NCBI GenBank assembly: GCA_001783145.1
Contig: MFQT01000016.1
Coordinates: forward strand, 3,796 to 67,795
Source: Candidatus Magasanikbacteria bacterium RIFOXYB2_FULL_38_10
GTDB lineage: Bacteria; Patescibacteriota; Patescibacteriia; Magasanikbacterales; UBA10003
Reading direction: 5' to 3'
DNA: 64,000 bases
Position numbers and translations under genes: made by a program. The notes beneath the pieces were generated by a model that did no database searches, was not told the origin of the DNA, and saw nothing but the letters and a program-made list of their open reading frames with translations. Positions 19,310-30,872 of this stretch are shown piece by piece (the stretch's first letter is position 1; every line of letters starts with the position of its first letter).

Positions 19310-20992
19310 CTATTCCACCACTCTAAAAACTTCTTCAACCGAAGTGATGCCTTGTAAAGCTTTTAGCAAACCGTCTTGAGCCATAGTGATCATACCATTC
19401 TTAATAGCCACCTCTTCCATAGCATAACCGGAAACATCATTTTTTAAAATTAAAGCCTCAATTTCTTTGTTCATTTCTAAAAGTTCATAGATACCAATAC
19501 GTCCTTTATAACCCAAGCCATTACATGCTTCGCAACCAACAGGACCATAAAATTTTAAATTATCTAAAATGATTTGATGCTTGGTTAAAAATTCCGCTGG
19601 TAATTTTTGTAAAGTTTCTCTAGCTTTCTTTAAAGACATTTCCTCAAGAGAAATTTCTTTTTTACAAACATTGCACAAACGACGCACCAAGCGTTGACCC
19701 ATGACCGCATTTAAAGCTGGCGCCAGCAAAAAGGGTTTAACGCCCATAGATAAAAACCTGGGCACAGCTCCAGCGGCATTATTGGTATGGATGGTAGAAA
19801 GCATAAAATGCCCGGTCAAAGCCGCTTGAATAGCCGTTTCCGCTGTTTCTAAATCTCTAATTTCACCTACCATGACAATATCCGGATCTTGACGCAACAA
19901 GGAACGCAAACCTTTGACAAAAGTATATTCACGGCTGGCATCAATTTGGCTTTGATTAACCCCCGGCATTTTATATTCCACAGGATCTTCTAAAGTAATA
20001 ATTTTTACTCCCGGTTTATTTAATTGCTGTAAAATGGCATACAAAGTGGTAGTTTTACCGGATCCAGTGGGGCCGGTTGTAATTACCATACCCGAAGGTC
20101 TTTCTATTTGTTTTTTTAAAGCCCCCAGAAGGGTGTCTTGTAAACCCAACTCTTCAAAACTTAAAGCTGACACTGATTTTAAAATGCGCATTACCACTGA
20201 TTCCCCAAAAACCGTAGGCAAAGTAGAAACACGAACATCAACTTTTGCGTTTTTCAAAACAATGGTATAACGGCCGTCTTGCGGGGTATCAATAATATTA
20301 ATTTTCAATCCCGCCAAAAGTTTGATCCTGGAAATTATCCGTGACCATAATTCTTTAGAAATTAACCCTGCTTCTTGCAAAATTCCGTCCAAACGATAGC
20401 GTACCACCGCACCCTCTTCTTCAGATTCCACGTGAACATCCGAAGCCTCCAATTTTAAAGCAGCCGCCACCAACAGAGTAACCGAGTCTGTCACATTATC
20501 AAGATTGGCCAATTGTTTTTTAAACTCTATTAAAGAATTGATGCTGGAGCCTAAACGTTCCAAATCTTGTTCCGTGATACTAACATCTTTGGTGATTGGT
20601 TTAATAACAGGCAGAGCGGAATAAAATTTAACCGCTTCTTTAAAGCTGTTTTCCGAAATTAAATAAATAACGCCGCGGCTGTGATGCCTTTCTTCCAGAA
20701 CATGCAAAAGTTCTTTGGCTTCTTCTTTTTGTGGATTGATGGCGCCCAACCTAATTTCCGATCCGGTAAACAAAAAACACACGACCTTCTTTTTTTGCGC
20801 TTCAATCTCGGGAATTAAACTAATGGCTTCCGCTGTAATTGGAAAACGAAAAAGATTAATATAAGGCGCGCCCAAAGACCCCGCCAATTTTTCCGCCTCG
20901 GTCTCTTTTTCTTTAATGACAATATCATGCATCTTGCCGGCCAATTTGGCGGCCGATTCATCAGAGGCTAATTTTAAAGACACTTTAGGCAT
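19310..20992 (-). CDS. type IV pilus/T2SS assembly ATPase (PilB/GspE family)
   Basis: ASDVH, PQDGR, GPTGSGKTTT, LEDPVEY, RQDPDIVMVGEIRD, TGH, CxxC...CxxC, GYKGR. Confidence 0.95.
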   Translation of the reverse strand: MPKVSLKLASDESAAKLAGKMHDIVIKEKETEAEKLAGSLGAPYINLFRFPITAEAISLIPEIEAQKKKVVCFLFTGSEIRLGAINPQKEEAKELLHVLEERHHSRGVIYLISENSFKEAVKFYSALPVIKPITKDVSITEQDLERLGSSINSLIEFKKQLANLDNVTDSVTLLVAAALKLEASDVHVESEEEGAVVRYRLDGILQEAGLISKELWSRIISRIKLLAGLKINIIDTPQDGRYTIVLKNAKVDVRVSTLPTVFGESVVMRILKSVSALSFEELGLQDTLLGALKKQIERPSGMVITTGPTGSGKTTTLYAILQQLNKPGVKIITLEDPVEYKMPGVNQSQIDASREYTFVKGLRSLLRQDPDIVMVGEIRDLETAETAIQAALTGHFMLSTIHTNNAAGAVPRFLSMGVKPFLLAPALNAVMGQRLVRRLCNVCKKEISLEEMSLKKARETLQKLPAEFLTKHQIILDNLKFYGPVGCEACNGLGYKGRIGIYELLEMNKEIEALILKNDVSGYAMEEVAIKNGMITMAQDGLLKALQGITSVEEVFRVVE

Positions 20993-21001
20993 AAATAAAA
21001 A

Positions 21002-21961
21002 CTAACGACGAAATAATTGATTAGCTAAACGATGTAATTTGGCTGTGGCCGTTCCTTCTTCCATTCGTTTAAAAAGCAAAGTCCAAGCCACGGTATGGAA
21101 GGTCCCTAAAAATCCGGCCAACCATAAAATTAAGAGGATAGAAAATAAGGTTCCTAAGAAAAAAGCCACGTTGGTTAAAACAGGAAAAAGGATTAATAAA
21201 CCAAAAAAAACAAAAAGAAAAGTAGGAATAGCAATAATAAACAAACCAAAAATCGTTAAAATACCAAATAAAAAATTAAGCAAAAAAATCACCACGGCCA
21301 TTTCTAAACTGGTTAACCAATTTTTTATAAAAAGAAACCAAGCCATCTTTAAAGATTTTAACAAAGGATACTTCTTAATAGTGGCATAAGCCCCGGCCAG
21401 AACCATTAAAAGTGAAGCAATGATGGTAATAACTACCCCCAAAATAAAGAGAATGGGATAAATCCAAGGCCAGATATTGGAATTGTAGCCGCTCCAAATA
21501 AGCCACAGAGGAAAAATACTTAATAAAATGGCCAACCCCACAATGATTTTTAAGACTAGCAAAGGCCAAAAAACCAACCAAAAATTTTTATTAGTTTGCT
21601 GCCAAATTTTTCCCAAATCCATTTTTTTACCTTCATATTTATCCGTAGCCAAAATTAAAGTGGCAAAAGAACGAACAATCATCAGAACAAAAAAAACAGC
21701 CAAGCCCAAGCAAAGAAGAAACAACATTATTAACAAAGGAATTTTTGACCAACCACCAACAAAGTGCATTTCTGCTCGCCAAAAAAATGGCAAATGGGGA
21801 GTGAAAATCATTTGAACATTGCGGCTAAAAATTTCTAAAGCGCCGCCAGTGGCGATAAAGGCACTAAAAATACCAAAAACCCACATCATTTTATGATGCC
21901 AGGAAATTTTCCAAGCCTGACTGATAATTTGACGATAAAGAGAAGAATGTTTGGTAGACAT
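21002..21961 (-). CDS. multi-pass membrane protein of unknown function
   Basis: AWKISW...WVFG N-terminus and many TM segments. Confidence 0.7.
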   Translation of the reverse strand: MSTKHSSLYRQIISQAWKISWHHKMMWVFGIFSAFIATGGALEIFSRNVQMIFTPHLPFFWRAEMHFVGGWSKIPLLIMLFLLCLGLAVFFVLMIVRSFATLILATDKYEGKKMDLGKIWQQTNKNFWLVFWPLLVLKIIVGLAILLSIFPLWLIWSGYNSNIWPWIYPILFILGVVITIIASLLMVLAGAYATIKKYPLLKSLKMAWFLFIKNWLTSLEMAVVIFLLNFLFGILTIFGLFIIAIPTFLFVFFGLLILFPVLTNVAFFLGTLFSILLILWLAGFLGTFHTVAWTLLFKRMEEGTATAKLHRLANQLFRR

Positions 21962-22113
21962 AAAGAACTAAGATAAACAAAAAATAATTAAGTTAATTTA
22001 ACTTAATGTTATTATACCAAATTTTAAAATTTGGGTCTAACAAACATGCCTAAGCATCTTTAAATTAAAAAACGCTCCTTAAATAAGAAGCGCTTTTTAA
22101 TTTAAAATTTTTT

Positions 22114-23934
22114 TTACCCCTTCATTATCTCTTTAAACTCTTCTTGTTCCACCACTTCTTTTTCTAACAGCACTTTAACCAATTTGTCCATCTGTACACG
22201 ATATCGGCCAATTATTTCCCCGGCTTTGTTTTTAGCCTCTTCCAAAATTCTAGAAATCTCCGCGTCAATTAGCTCAGCTGTCTTTTCACTATAACTTTTC
22301 TTCTCATGAATTTCTTGAGCCAAAAAAATCAATTCTTCATTATCAGCAAACATTCTGGGTCCTAATTTGTCACTCATGCCAAAACGCATTACCATAGAAG
22401 TGACTGACTGTGTGACTTTTTTTAAATCACTAGAAGGTCCGGTAGAAAGCTGGTCCTCACCATAAATAATTTTTTCTGCCATAAATCCGCCAAGCATCAT
22501 AGATAAATTATCTTTCATTTTGGACAAAGTTTGATAATGTACATCTTTTTCCGGCATAGATAAAGTATAGCCCCCGGCTAATCCCCGACCGACAATAGAA
22601 ACCTTGCGCACAGGATCACAGCCTGGCAAAAAATTGGCTACCACGGCATGTCCGGCTTCGTGATAAGCAGTCATTGTCTTATCTTTTTCTGTCATCACGC
22701 GAGACTTTTTCTCCGGGCCCAAAATTACTTTTTCTATGCTCTCTAAAATTTCTTCTTCGCCTACTTGTTTTTTACCGCGGCGCACTGCTAAAATAGCCGC
22801 CTCATTTAAAAGATTAGCCAAATCCGCTCCGGAAAAGCCTGGAGTACGCTCGGCAATTTTACGCAAAGAAACATTTTTAGCCAGCGGCTTACCTTTGGCG
22901 TGAACAAACAAAATTTCTTCTCTGTCTTGAATATCCGGCATGTCAATTATTACGCGACGGTCAAAACGACCCGGACGCAACAGGGCTGGATCTAAAACAT
23001 CCGGTCTGTTGGTGGCCGCAATCACGATAACACCCAAATTGGGTTCAAAACCATCCATTTCTACCAAAATTTGATTTAAAGTTTGTTCTCTTTCATCATG
23101 CGAACCACCCAGCCCTGCTCCACGGCGACGTCCCACAGCGTCAATCTCATCAATGAAAACAATGGCTGGGGCTTCTTTCTTGGCGCGCTTGAACAAATCG
23201 CGCACGCGGGAGGCGCCTACACCCACAAACATTTCCACAAATTCCGAACCGGACATGTGCAAGAACGGCACATTGGCTTCTCCGGCCACAGCTTTAGCTA
23301 ACAAAGTTTTGCCGGTACCAGGAGCACCCATCAATAAAACTCCCTTGGGGATCTTAGCACCCATCTCGGCAAATCTTTTAGGAGTGATTAAAAATTCCAC
23401 CACTTCTTGCAGTTCTTCTTTGGCTTCGCGCGCTCCAGCCACATCTTTAAAAGTTTTTTTGTTTTTATCATCTTTGCCGGTTTCTCTGGCAGTGGATTGG
23501 CCAAAACCCATAGCCCGAGAATTAACCCCTTGCACTTGGCGCGTCATAAAATACAACAAAACGCCCAAAAGCAAAAAGGGTAAAACAAAAGGGAGCAAGT
23601 TGCTGATCCAAAAGGCCCAACCGTGATCATTTTTAATGGAGACTTGCACATCTTTTAATTTGGCCTGATCAACATTGTAGTTTTTAACCAAACTGCTTAA
23701 GGTATCACCGGCTTCTTTTTTAGCCTCTTGTACCGTATCATTCTTTAAAGTGGCGCGCAAAACATCGCCCTCCACTTCTATTTTTTTAATGTCTTGAGTT
23801 TGCAACTCGGCGATGATTTTATCCAAGCTAACTTGATCCACTTTGGTTTTGTTGGCGCTAAAACCGCCAAAAACCAAAGATAAAACCACCAACACGCCAA
23901 CAAATAAAAGCAGGTTTTTAACAAATGGTGACAT
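22114..23934 (-). CDS. ftsH: ATP-dependent zinc metalloprotease
   Basis: Two TMs, [28 protein letters not shown]. Confidence 0.98.
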   Translation of the reverse strand: MSPFVKNLLLFVGVLVVLSLVFGGFSANKTKVDQVSLDKIIAELQTQDIKKIEVEGDVLRATLKNDTVQEAKKEAGDTLSSLVKNYNVDQAKLKDVQVSIKNDHGWAFWISNLLPFVLPFLLLGVLLYFMTRQVQGVNSRAMGFGQSTARETGKDDKNKKTFKDVAGAREAKEELQEVVEFLITPKRFAEMGAKIPKGVLLMGAPGTGKTLLAKAVAGEANVPFLHMSGSEFVEMFVGVGASRVRDLFKRAKKEAPAIVFIDEIDAVGRRRGAGLGGSHDEREQTLNQILVEMDGFEPNLGVIVIAATNRPDVLDPALLRPGRFDRRVIIDMPDIQDREEILFVHAKGKPLAKNVSLRKIAERTPGFSGADLANLLNEAAILAVRRGKKQVGEEEILESIEKVILGPEKKSRVMTEKDKTMTAYHEAGHAVVANFLPGCDPVRKVSIVGRGLAGGYTLSMPEKDVHYQTLSKMKDNLSMMLGGFMAEKIIYGEDQLSTGPSSDLKKVTQSVTSMVMRFGMSDKLGPRMFADNEELIFLAQEIHEKKSYSEKTAELIDAEISRILEEAKNKAGEIIGRYRVQMDKLVKVLLEKEVVEQEEFKEIMKG

Positions 23935-24000
23935 AGTTTTAATTTTAGATTAACAAATTTTAAACCTCCGGGCGGTCAAAATTAGTTAGTTAAAGAAAGA

Positions 24001-25122
24001 CTAATTTTTTTCTTCTTTCTTTTGATGAGGTTCCTCCTGTCCAAACAATTTTAAACCCAAGCGATGTTTAGCCGGTTCAATAGAGATGATTTCAAAATCC
24101 AACAAATCCCCTTCTTTGGGATTTAATTCTCCCAAGCTGGAAACGTGCGCCAAACCTTGAATATCTTTATCTAATTCCACAAACAAGCCAAAAGGATTAA
24201 CTTTTAAAACCTTACCTTTAACTTGCTGGCCCAAACCGTAGCGTTCTTTAATGCCTTCCCAAGGATCTTGAGTTAATTTTTTCATTGATAAGAAAATTTT
24301 GGCTCCTTCAATTTGAATGATTTCAGCTTTGATTTTTTCACCCACTTTTAAGATGTCTTTAGGATGATCTAATCTTTGCCAAGCGATTTCGGAAATATGA
24401 ATAAGGCCTTCCACTTCATCAAATTTTACAAAAGCGCCGAAGTCGGTTAACGCGGTGATGGTGCCTTCTACAATATCCCCTACTTTATAAGAGCTGAGCA
24501 TGCTGCGTTTTTCTTCTTCCCAAGCCGCCTTTTCGGAAACAATCAATTTATTTTCTTTTTCATTGATGTCTAAAACTTTCACGGAAAACATTTGACCAAT
24601 GTAAGATTTTAATCTTTCCAAAATTCTGTTTTTATCACCGCCGGCTACGCGTGGATAATGTTCCGGATTTAATTGCGAGACAGGCAAAAAGCCGGAAACG
24701 GAATCCAAGCCCACCATTAAACCACCGCGGTTAGCATCTTTAATTTTAACTTGCACGATTTTGCCTTCTTTTAACAAACCGGCCAAAGCTTCCCAAGATT
24801 TGCGGGAACCTGCTTCTTTAAAGGAAAGCTCCATCTCGCCATTTTCATTTTCCAATGACAAAATAGTGGCTTCCACTTCATCGCCAGGTTTTAAATTAAC
24901 AAAATCAGGAGACTCATACAATTCTTCACCGCGCACCACACCGGTTCTAAAACCCGGAAAATTAATGCGCACCAAAGAACGGCTTACGGAAAGCACTTCG
25001 CCCTTAACTAAGTCACTAATTTTAGGCACTTTGGTAAATTGCGCGTCGGCAATAAGTTGCTTAAAATTATTATTTTTCTTGTCCTCCATCACTCCTTTAA
25101 TTTCTTCTTTTAAGGTAGTCAT
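24001..25122 (-). CDS. rpsA: 30S ribosomal protein S1 (short form)
   Basis: Repeated S1 domains (NRGGL..GFLPVSQL, DFGAFV..EGLIHISEI, PFGLFV..GLAHVS). Confidence 0.88.
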   Translation of the reverse strand: MTTLKEEIKGVMEDKKNNNFKQLIADAQFTKVPKISDLVKGEVLSVSRSLVRINFPGFRTGVVRGEELYESPDFVNLKPGDEVEATILSLENENGEMELSFKEAGSRKSWEALAGLLKEGKIVQVKIKDANRGGLMVGLDSVSGFLPVSQLNPEHYPRVAGGDKNRILERLKSYIGQMFSVKVLDINEKENKLIVSEKAAWEEEKRSMLSSYKVGDIVEGTITALTDFGAFVKFDEVEGLIHISEIAWQRLDHPKDILKVGEKIKAEIIQIEGAKIFLSMKKLTQDPWEGIKERYGLGQQVKGKVLKVNPFGLFVELDKDIQGLAHVSSLGELNPKEGDLLDFEIISIEPAKHRLGLKLFGQEEPHQKKEEKN

Positions 25123-25351
25123 AAAACTATTTTATCCTTCAGTCTGAGGCCTTGGGATAATAAAAAGAGTTTCTCAACTCTTTCTAAAAGAAAGAATTAG
25201 CCGAAAATTATCTTGGCGGGAATTGGTGCTAAGCAAGTAAAATTGCGGCAACCATCTCCTTAGTTTAGCCATTTTTTGATAATTTCAGCCCCCATTTCTC
25301 GGGGTTTAATTAAGTTAAATACAGTATAGCAGTATATACGTAGGCAGTCAA
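25123..25351 (-). promoter_or_regulatory. rpsA promoter and ~190-nt structured 5' leader
   Basis: TTGACT-17-TATACT (25351-25323); leader stems cccc/gggg, gctgaaattatc/gataattttcggc, aaagagtt/aactcttt. Confidence 0.55.
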
Positions 25352-25447
25352 GATTTAGGCAATCCCCCGTAACCTTACCCACTTGCACCCCCAGCCTAAA
25401 TTTAGTATAATATATGTACATTTTAATATCTTGAAATCTTAAAAACT

Positions 25448-26080
25448 ATGCATATTTCCTGGCTTGGTAATTCTGCCTTTAAAATAGAAACCAAAACTCC
25501 CCTTAAAGAAGAGGTCTCTATTCTCATCAACCCCTATAATCTACCCAAAGCTGATTTACCGCGCAATTTAAAAAGCGACATTGTGCTTTTAACAAATGGT
25601 GCAGAAAACACTATCACCCTATCGGGCGAACCTTTTGTTATTTCCACTCCGGGCGAATATGAAATTCAAGGCGTAATGATTTATGCCATCCCCCTGCCCA
25701 AAGTAGACAAAGAGGAGCCTCAACTCATTTATCATTTTGAAACAGAACTGATGTCCTTAACTTTTTTGGGCACTTTTAAAGGAAAACTCACCGATGAGCT
25801 TATAGAAAAATTAGGTGTGGTTGATATTGCCTTGCTTCCCATCGGTGGCAAAACTGTTTTGTCAGCCGATGAAGCCAATGATTTAATAGGCCAAATTGAA
25901 CCACGCCTAGTAATTCCTCATTCTTTTAATTCGCCCGGACAAAATTTGCCCTTTGATAACGCAGATAAATTTGCCAAACTCATGGGACAAAAAGATGTTG
26001 AATGGTTACCCAAACTAAAAGTTAACAAAAGAGATTTGCCACAAGAAGAAACTAAATTAGTTCTATTAAGCAAGGGTTAA
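25448..26080 (+). CDS. MBL-fold (Lactamase_B_3-like) protein with degenerate metal site
   Basis: ISWLGNSAFKIE, PGEYEI, VDIALLPIGG, IEPRLVIP pattern; HxHxDH absent; TTGCAC-17-TATAAT promoter upstream. Confidence 0.75.
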   Translation: MHISWLGNSAFKIETKTPLKEEVSILINPYNLPKADLPRNLKSDIVLLTNGAENTITLSGEPFVISTPGEYEIQGVMIYAIPLPKVDKEEPQLIYHFETELMSLTFLGTFKGKLTDELIEKLGVVDIALLPIGGKTVLSADEANDLIGQIEPRLVIPHSFNSPGQNLPFDNADKFAKLMGQKDVEWLPKLKVNKRDLPQEETKLVLLSKG

Positions 26081-26110
26081 TTTTTGCGTCTCGGCGATTA
26101 GCCCTAAAAT

Positions 26111-26548
26111 ATGTTTTATCAATCTATTTCTAAAGAAAAATTAGAAAAAGAAAAAAACAAATCTTTAAAAAAAAATTTGGTCAATTTAAATTCAACAAAT
26201 AATTTTAATCGGCAAAGAAATATTTGGCTATGGGCAGGCACAGGTATAGTAATGTTAGCTATTTTATTTTTTTGGGTCCATACTCTGTCTGGTCAATTAC
26301 AGATATCGGCATTGGGAAAAAGTATGGCCACGGATATTTTTCAAAATAACCAAAACGGATTAGAAAATCTTTTACAAGATTCCACCAGTGATTTAAATAA
26401 TTTAAAAAAAGCGGCGGGTTCAATTTTAACAGAAATGAGAACAGCTTCTTCTACAGTTAAAAATTCCACCACTGCCCCCGCCGCCACTTTACCAACGCTT
26501 ACCTCAGAACAAATTAAAGAATTAAAAAATAAAATAGAAAAAAAATAA
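26111..26548 (+). CDS. single-TM hypothetical protein
   Basis: 145-aa ORF in operon position before gyrA, one hydrophobic helix. Confidence 0.6.
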   Translation: MFYQSISKEKLEKEKNKSLKKNLVNLNSTNNFNRQRNIWLWAGTGIVMLAILFFWVHTLSGQLQISALGKSMATDIFQNNQNGLENLLQDSTSDLNNLKKAAGSILTEMRTASSTVKNSTTAPAATLPTLTSEQIKELKNKIEKK

Positions 26549-26555
26549 AATAATT

Positions 26556-29048
26556 ATGCCGAGAATCAAAGCCTTCTCAAAACAAGAAAAATTACCGGAT
26601 ATTGATCCTTTAGCAAACATAGGCAAAATTGTTATTCAGCCAATTATAAATGAAGTACAGGAATCATACTTAAATTATGCCATGAGTGTTATTATCGCCC
26701 GCGCCCTACCGGATGTGCGCGACGGTTTAAAACCGGTGCATCGCCGTATTTTGTACGCCATGTGGGAATCTGGATTACGCGCCGGTTCTAAATTCCGTAA
26801 GTCCGCCACCATCGTGGGTAATGTTTTAAGTTTGTATCACCCCCACGGCGACATGGCGGTTTATGATTCCATGGTGCGTATGGCCCAAGATTTTTCCTTG
26901 CGTTATCCTTTGGTGCATGGGCAGGGTAATTTTGGCTCTATGGATGGAGACTCGGCTGCCGCTTATCGTTATACCGAAGCCAAATTAGCCAAAATTGCCG
27001 AAGAATTACTTTTGGATATTGAATCCGAAACAGTGGATTTTTCCGCCAACTACGACGGCACGCACCAAGAACCACAAGTTTTACCGGCTAAACTTCCCAA
27101 CTTGTTATTAAACGGCTCCATGGGTATTGCCGTAGGTATGGCCACCAATATTCCACCCCATAACTTAACCGAATTATGCGATGGCATCATTCATTTAATA
27201 GATCATCCTGATGCCGAAATAGAAGAGTTGACGGAATTTGTCAAAGGCCCGGACTTTCCTACCGGTGGTATTATTTATGATAAAAAAGAAATTGCTCAGG
27301 CCTACGCCACAGGCCGCGGTCGCGTAGTAATGCGCGCCAAAACAGAAATTGTAGAAGACAAAGCCGGTCAATTTAAAATTATTGTCACCGAAATCCCCTA
27401 TCAAGTCAACAAGGCCACCTTAGTAGAAAGAATTGCCGAATTGGTGCACGAAAAAAAATTAGAAGGCATTAAAGATTTGCGCGATGAATCCAACAAAGAA
27501 GGCGTGCGCGTGGTAATAGAACTTAAAAAAGATTCCTACCCCAAAAAGATTTTGAATCAGCTTTTTAATCAAACTCAACTACAAGACACTTTCAATTTTA
27601 ATATGCTGGCTTTGGTGGATGGCATTCAACCGCGCATCTTAAATTTAAAAACAATTTTGGAGGAGTACATCAAGCATCGCAAAAATGTAGTCCGCCGCCG
27701 CACTGAATTTTATTTAAAAAAAGCCGAAGAGCGCGCTCATATTTTGAAGGGTTTAAAAATTGCTTTGGACAATATTGATGCTATCATCAAAACCATTAAA
27801 AGCTCCAAAGACAAAGATGCGGCCCGCATTAATTTGATGGTCAAATTTAAATTAACGGAAATTCAGGCCAATGCCATTTTGGAAATGAAATTACAACAAC
27901 TGGCCAACCTAGAAAGGCAAAAAGTGGAAGATGAATTAAAAGAAAAATTGGCCTTGATAAAAGAATTGCAAGCCATTTTGGCCTCCACTAAAAAAATTCA
28001 AGAAATTGTTAAAAAAGAAATTTTAGAAATCAAAGAAAAATTTGGCGATGAACGCCGCACGCAAATTGTCGCTCACGGGGTAAAAGAATTTTCCAGTGAA
28101 GATTTAATCCCTAATGAAGACACCATTGTCATGATTACGCAAGATGGCTACATTAAACGCTTACCGCCCGATACCTTTAAGACTCAGCATCGCGGTGGCA
28201 AGGGTGTGATTGGTGTCACCACCAAAGAAGAAGACGTGGTGGAACATTTATTCTCCACCACCACCCACGCGGATTTATTATTTTTCACCACCAAAGGCCG
28301 TGTCTTTCAATTAAAAGCCTATGAGGTGCCACAGGGATCCAGAACTGCCAAAGGCCAGGCCATTGTGAACTTTTTACAATTGGCTCCTGACGAAAAGATT
28401 TCCGCTGTGTTATCTTTAACCGATTTGGGAGACTTTAAGTATTTAGTAATGGTAACCAAAGAAGGTGTCACCAAAAAAGTGGACATTAAAGATTTTTCCA
28501 ATGTGCGCCGCTCGGGCCTAATCGCTTTAAAATTAAAAGGTAGCGATACTTTAATGTGGGTCAAACCCTCTACCGGCTCTGATGAAATAATGCTCATCAC
28601 CTCTGGCGGACAATCCATCCGTTTTAAAGAAAAACTAATTCGCGCCATGGGTCGCAATGCTTCCGGCGTCCGCGGTATCAGATTAAAAGGCAGTGATAAA
28701 ATTATCGGCATGGATATAGTTGATCCTAATTTAGCCAAGTCTTTTCAATTATTCATTATTTCCGAAGAGGGTCTGGGGAAACGCACACCTCTCGCCCAAT
28801 ATCGCCTTCAAGGACGTGGCGGCTCAGGTATCAAAACCGCTAAAGTGACCAAAAAAACAGGCAAAATTATTGGCGCTTACGTGGTAAATGCCAAAGATGA
28901 AAGGGACTTGATGATTATGTCTAACAAAGGACAAATTATCAGATTACCATTTGGTACAGTGTCTGTTTCCGGACGCGCTACCCAAGGCGTCAGATTAATG
29001 CGCTTTAAAGAAACTAATGACAAAGTAGCCAGCGTGACTTTAGTATAA
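26556..29048 (+). CDS. gyrA: DNA gyrase subunit A
   Basis: [29 protein letters not shown] catalytic Tyr, GyrA box QHRGGKG, beta-pinwheel repeats. Confidence 0.98.
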   Translation: MPRIKAFSKQEKLPDIDPLANIGKIVIQPIINEVQESYLNYAMSVIIARALPDVRDGLKPVHRRILYAMWESGLRAGSKFRKSATIVGNVLSLYHPHGDMAVYDSMVRMAQDFSLRYPLVHGQGNFGSMDGDSAAAYRYTEAKLAKIAEELLLDIESETVDFSANYDGTHQEPQVLPAKLPNLLLNGSMGIAVGMATNIPPHNLTELCDGIIHLIDHPDAEIEELTEFVKGPDFPTGGIIYDKKEIAQAYATGRGRVVMRAKTEIVEDKAGQFKIIVTEIPYQVNKATLVERIAELVHEKKLEGIKDLRDESNKEGVRVVIELKKDSYPKKILNQLFNQTQLQDTFNFNMLALVDGIQPRILNLKTILEEYIKHRKNVVRRRTEFYLKKAEERAHILKGLKIALDNIDAIIKTIKSSKDKDAARINLMVKFKLTEIQANAILEMKLQQLANLERQKVEDELKEKLALIKELQAILASTKKIQEIVKKEILEIKEKFGDERRTQIVAHGVKEFSSEDLIPNEDTIVMITQDGYIKRLPPDTFKTQHRGGKGVIGVTTKEEDVVEHLFSTTTHADLLFFTTKGRVFQLKAYEVPQGSRTAKGQAIVNFLQLAPDEKISAVLSLTDLGDFKYLVMVTKEGVTKKVDIKDFSNVRRSGLIALKLKGSDTLMWVKPSTGSDEIMLITSGGQSIRFKEKLIRAMGRNASGVRGIRLKGSDKIIGMDIVDPNLAKSFQLFIISEEGLGKRTPLAQYRLQGRGGSGIKTAKVTKKTGKIIGAYVVNAKDERDLMIMSNKGQIIRLPFGTVSVSGRATQGVRLMRFKETNDKVASVTLV

Positions 29049-29120
29049 ACCAATTTAAAAACGGAGCGTTCTAAAGCCCCGTTTTTAAATTATGGAAGCT
29101 TAAAAAATTGAATAATCATT

Positions 29121-29486
29121 ATGAATTTGTATTACAAAAAAGTAAAGGACAAGGGACGGGGAGTATTTTCTAAAAACAAAATTACAAAAGGGACAATAAT
29201 AGAAGTATGTCCAGTGATTCCCCTATCTAAAAAAGAATTAAAGTTTATAGAAAAAACTCGTTTGGACAAATACTATTATTGCTGGGGAAAAGGATTTAAA
29301 GAAGGATCTTTGCCTTTAGGTTTTGGCTTGCTTTACAACCATTCTTACCATTCCAACGCCAATTACAAATTTGATCTTAAAAAACAGACTATTACTTATT
29401 TTGCAGTAAAAAATATCCCCGCTAATGAAGAAATAACAGTGAATTACAATAGCAGTCCGGATGACGAAACACCATTTAATCTTTAA
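29121..29486 (+). CDS. SET-domain protein
   Basis: KGRGVF, YNHSYHSN, EEITVNY motifs. Confidence 0.88.
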   Translation: MNLYYKKVKDKGRGVFSKNKITKGTIIEVCPVIPLSKKELKFIEKTRLDKYYYCWGKGFKEGSLPLGFGLLYNHSYHSNANYKFDLKKQTITYFAVKNIPANEEITVNYNSSPDDETPFNL

Positions 29487-29569
29487 GGTAATAATTTTAA
29501 AAACCACTTTGGAGATTCCAAGGTATTTTTTATTGCCAAAAAGCTTCAAGTGTCGTATAATATTAGCAT

Positions 29570-30568
29570 ATGAATATTGCCGATGCCTTGCGACAATTCC
29601 TAGAATACTTGGAAATCGAAAAAAATCGTTCACCTAAAACCGTGCACAACTATGAATTTTATTTGCAACGTTTTATAAACCAAACCGATATAAAAAATCC
29701 GGCCGATATTACCTTAGAAGTGGTACGTCAATTTAGACTTTGGCTACATCGCCAAAAAGAAGCCACTGCCGGCAGAGAAATCAAAACCTCCACTCAAAAC
29801 TATCATTTAATTGCTCTGCGTTCCTTTTTAAAATACCTTTCCAAACGCGACATTAAAACTTTGGCTCCGGAAAAAATAGAATTAGCTAAAATGCCGGAGC
29901 GTCAAATTTCTTTTTTAGAGGGCGGTGATTTGGATAGATTTTTAGAGGCGCCCCTGCAAAAAAAGACAGCGGGGAAAAGCGGAGAACTTATTAAATTGCG
30001 AGATAAAGCTCTTTTAGAAATGCTTTTTAGCACAGGACTCCGCGTCTCCGAATTAGCTAATCTTAAAAAAGACGACATCAACCTAAACAAAGAAGAGTTC
30101 TCCGTTCGCGGCAAGGGTGGAAAGATACGCGTGGTATTTTTAAATAATCAGGCTAAATACTGGCTTAAAAAATATTTGGACAGCCGGCAGGATATGAGTC
30201 CTTTTATTTTTGTGCCGCTGGACAGGGCGGAAAAGGGCAGGGAAAAGCAGGAAGGGAGAGAACGAGCCGGCGGGGTCTTGATTAAACTTGGAAAAAATGA
30301 TAAAATAATGGCCAATGGCTTAACTCCCCGTAGCATTCAAAGGATGATAGAAGGATACGCCCGTGCCGCCGGTATTACCAAAAAAATTACGCCCCATGTC
30401 TTGCGCCACAGTTTTGCCACTGATTTACTGCACAATGGAGCGGATATTAGAAGCGTGCAGGCCATGCTGGGTCACTCTTCCATCACCACCACCCAAATTT
30501 ATACCCACATTACAGATAAAGGCTTAAGAGACGTTTACAAAGCCTTTCATGGCAAAAAAAGAGGATAA
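29570..30568 (+). CDS. tyrosine recombinase, XerC/XerD type
   Basis: SAM-like N-terminal domain; GLRVSEL, GKGGK, HVLRHSFAT, LGHSSITTTQIY; TATAAT 8 nt upstream of the ATG. Confidence 0.92.
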   Translation: MNIADALRQFLEYLEIEKNRSPKTVHNYEFYLQRFINQTDIKNPADITLEVVRQFRLWLHRQKEATAGREIKTSTQNYHLIALRSFLKYLSKRDIKTLAPEKIELAKMPERQISFLEGGDLDRFLEAPLQKKTAGKSGELIKLRDKALLEMLFSTGLRVSELANLKKDDINLNKEEFSVRGKGGKIRVVFLNNQAKYWLKKYLDSRQDMSPFIFVPLDRAEKGREKQEGRERAGGVLIKLGKNDKIMANGLTPRSIQRMIEGYARAAGITKKITPHVLRHSFATDLLHNGADIRSVQAMLGHSSITTTQIYTHITDKGLRDVYKAFHGKKRG

Positions 30569-30575
30569 AAATTAT

Positions 30576-30647
30576 GGCTCCGTAGTTCAATGGATAGAAC
30601 GAGGGACTTCTAATCCCTAGATCAAGGTTCGATTCCTTGCGGAGTCA
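30576..30647 (+). tRNA. tRNA-Arg(TCT)
   Basis: Cloverleaf GGCTCCG...CGGAGTC-A; anticodon loop with TCT; TTCGATT T-loop. Confidence 0.95.
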
Positions 30648-30721
30648 AGAAAAAAAGCTCATTAATTTATGGGCTTTTTTTGTCTTTTTAAAAAATTTTT
30701 CAAAAAATTAGCAAAACTTAC

Positions 30722-30750
30722 TTGACTTGTGGAAAACTCTGCGATAAAAT
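30722..30750 (+). promoter_or_regulatory. sigma70-type promoter of the MurL-like/ATP-grasp operon
   Basis: TTGACT-17 bp-TAAAAT. Confidence 0.7.
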
Positions 30751-30773
30751 TTATAGTGGATTGACGAAAAAAA

Positions 30774-30872
30774 ATGAAAAGAGACATTATTGATCGCTAC
30801 CGGAGGAAGCAGATCACAAATTCTAATCCGCAAAACAAACAACTTACCTTTTTGATAACGGTCAATTTTTAA
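30774..30872 (+). CDS. putative 32-aa leader/precursor peptide MKRDIIDRYRRKQITNSNPQNKQLTFLITVNF
   Basis: Open ORF directly after the promoter; its stop codon lies in the loop of a terminator-like hairpin; could be non-coding. Confidence 0.3.
   Translation: MKRDIIDRYRRKQITNSNPQNKQLTFLITVNF

Noticed and set aside
29121-29486. SET-domain protein as a host-chromatin effector
   Set aside because: Small stand-alone bacterial SET proteins are widespread; no secretion signal or supporting context
29570-30647. Tyrosine recombinase beside tRNA-Arg as the integrase of an island carrying the ATP-grasp operon
   Set aside because: The protein looks like housekeeping XerC/D, lies 5' of the tRNA, and no duplicated tRNA 3' end (att) was found
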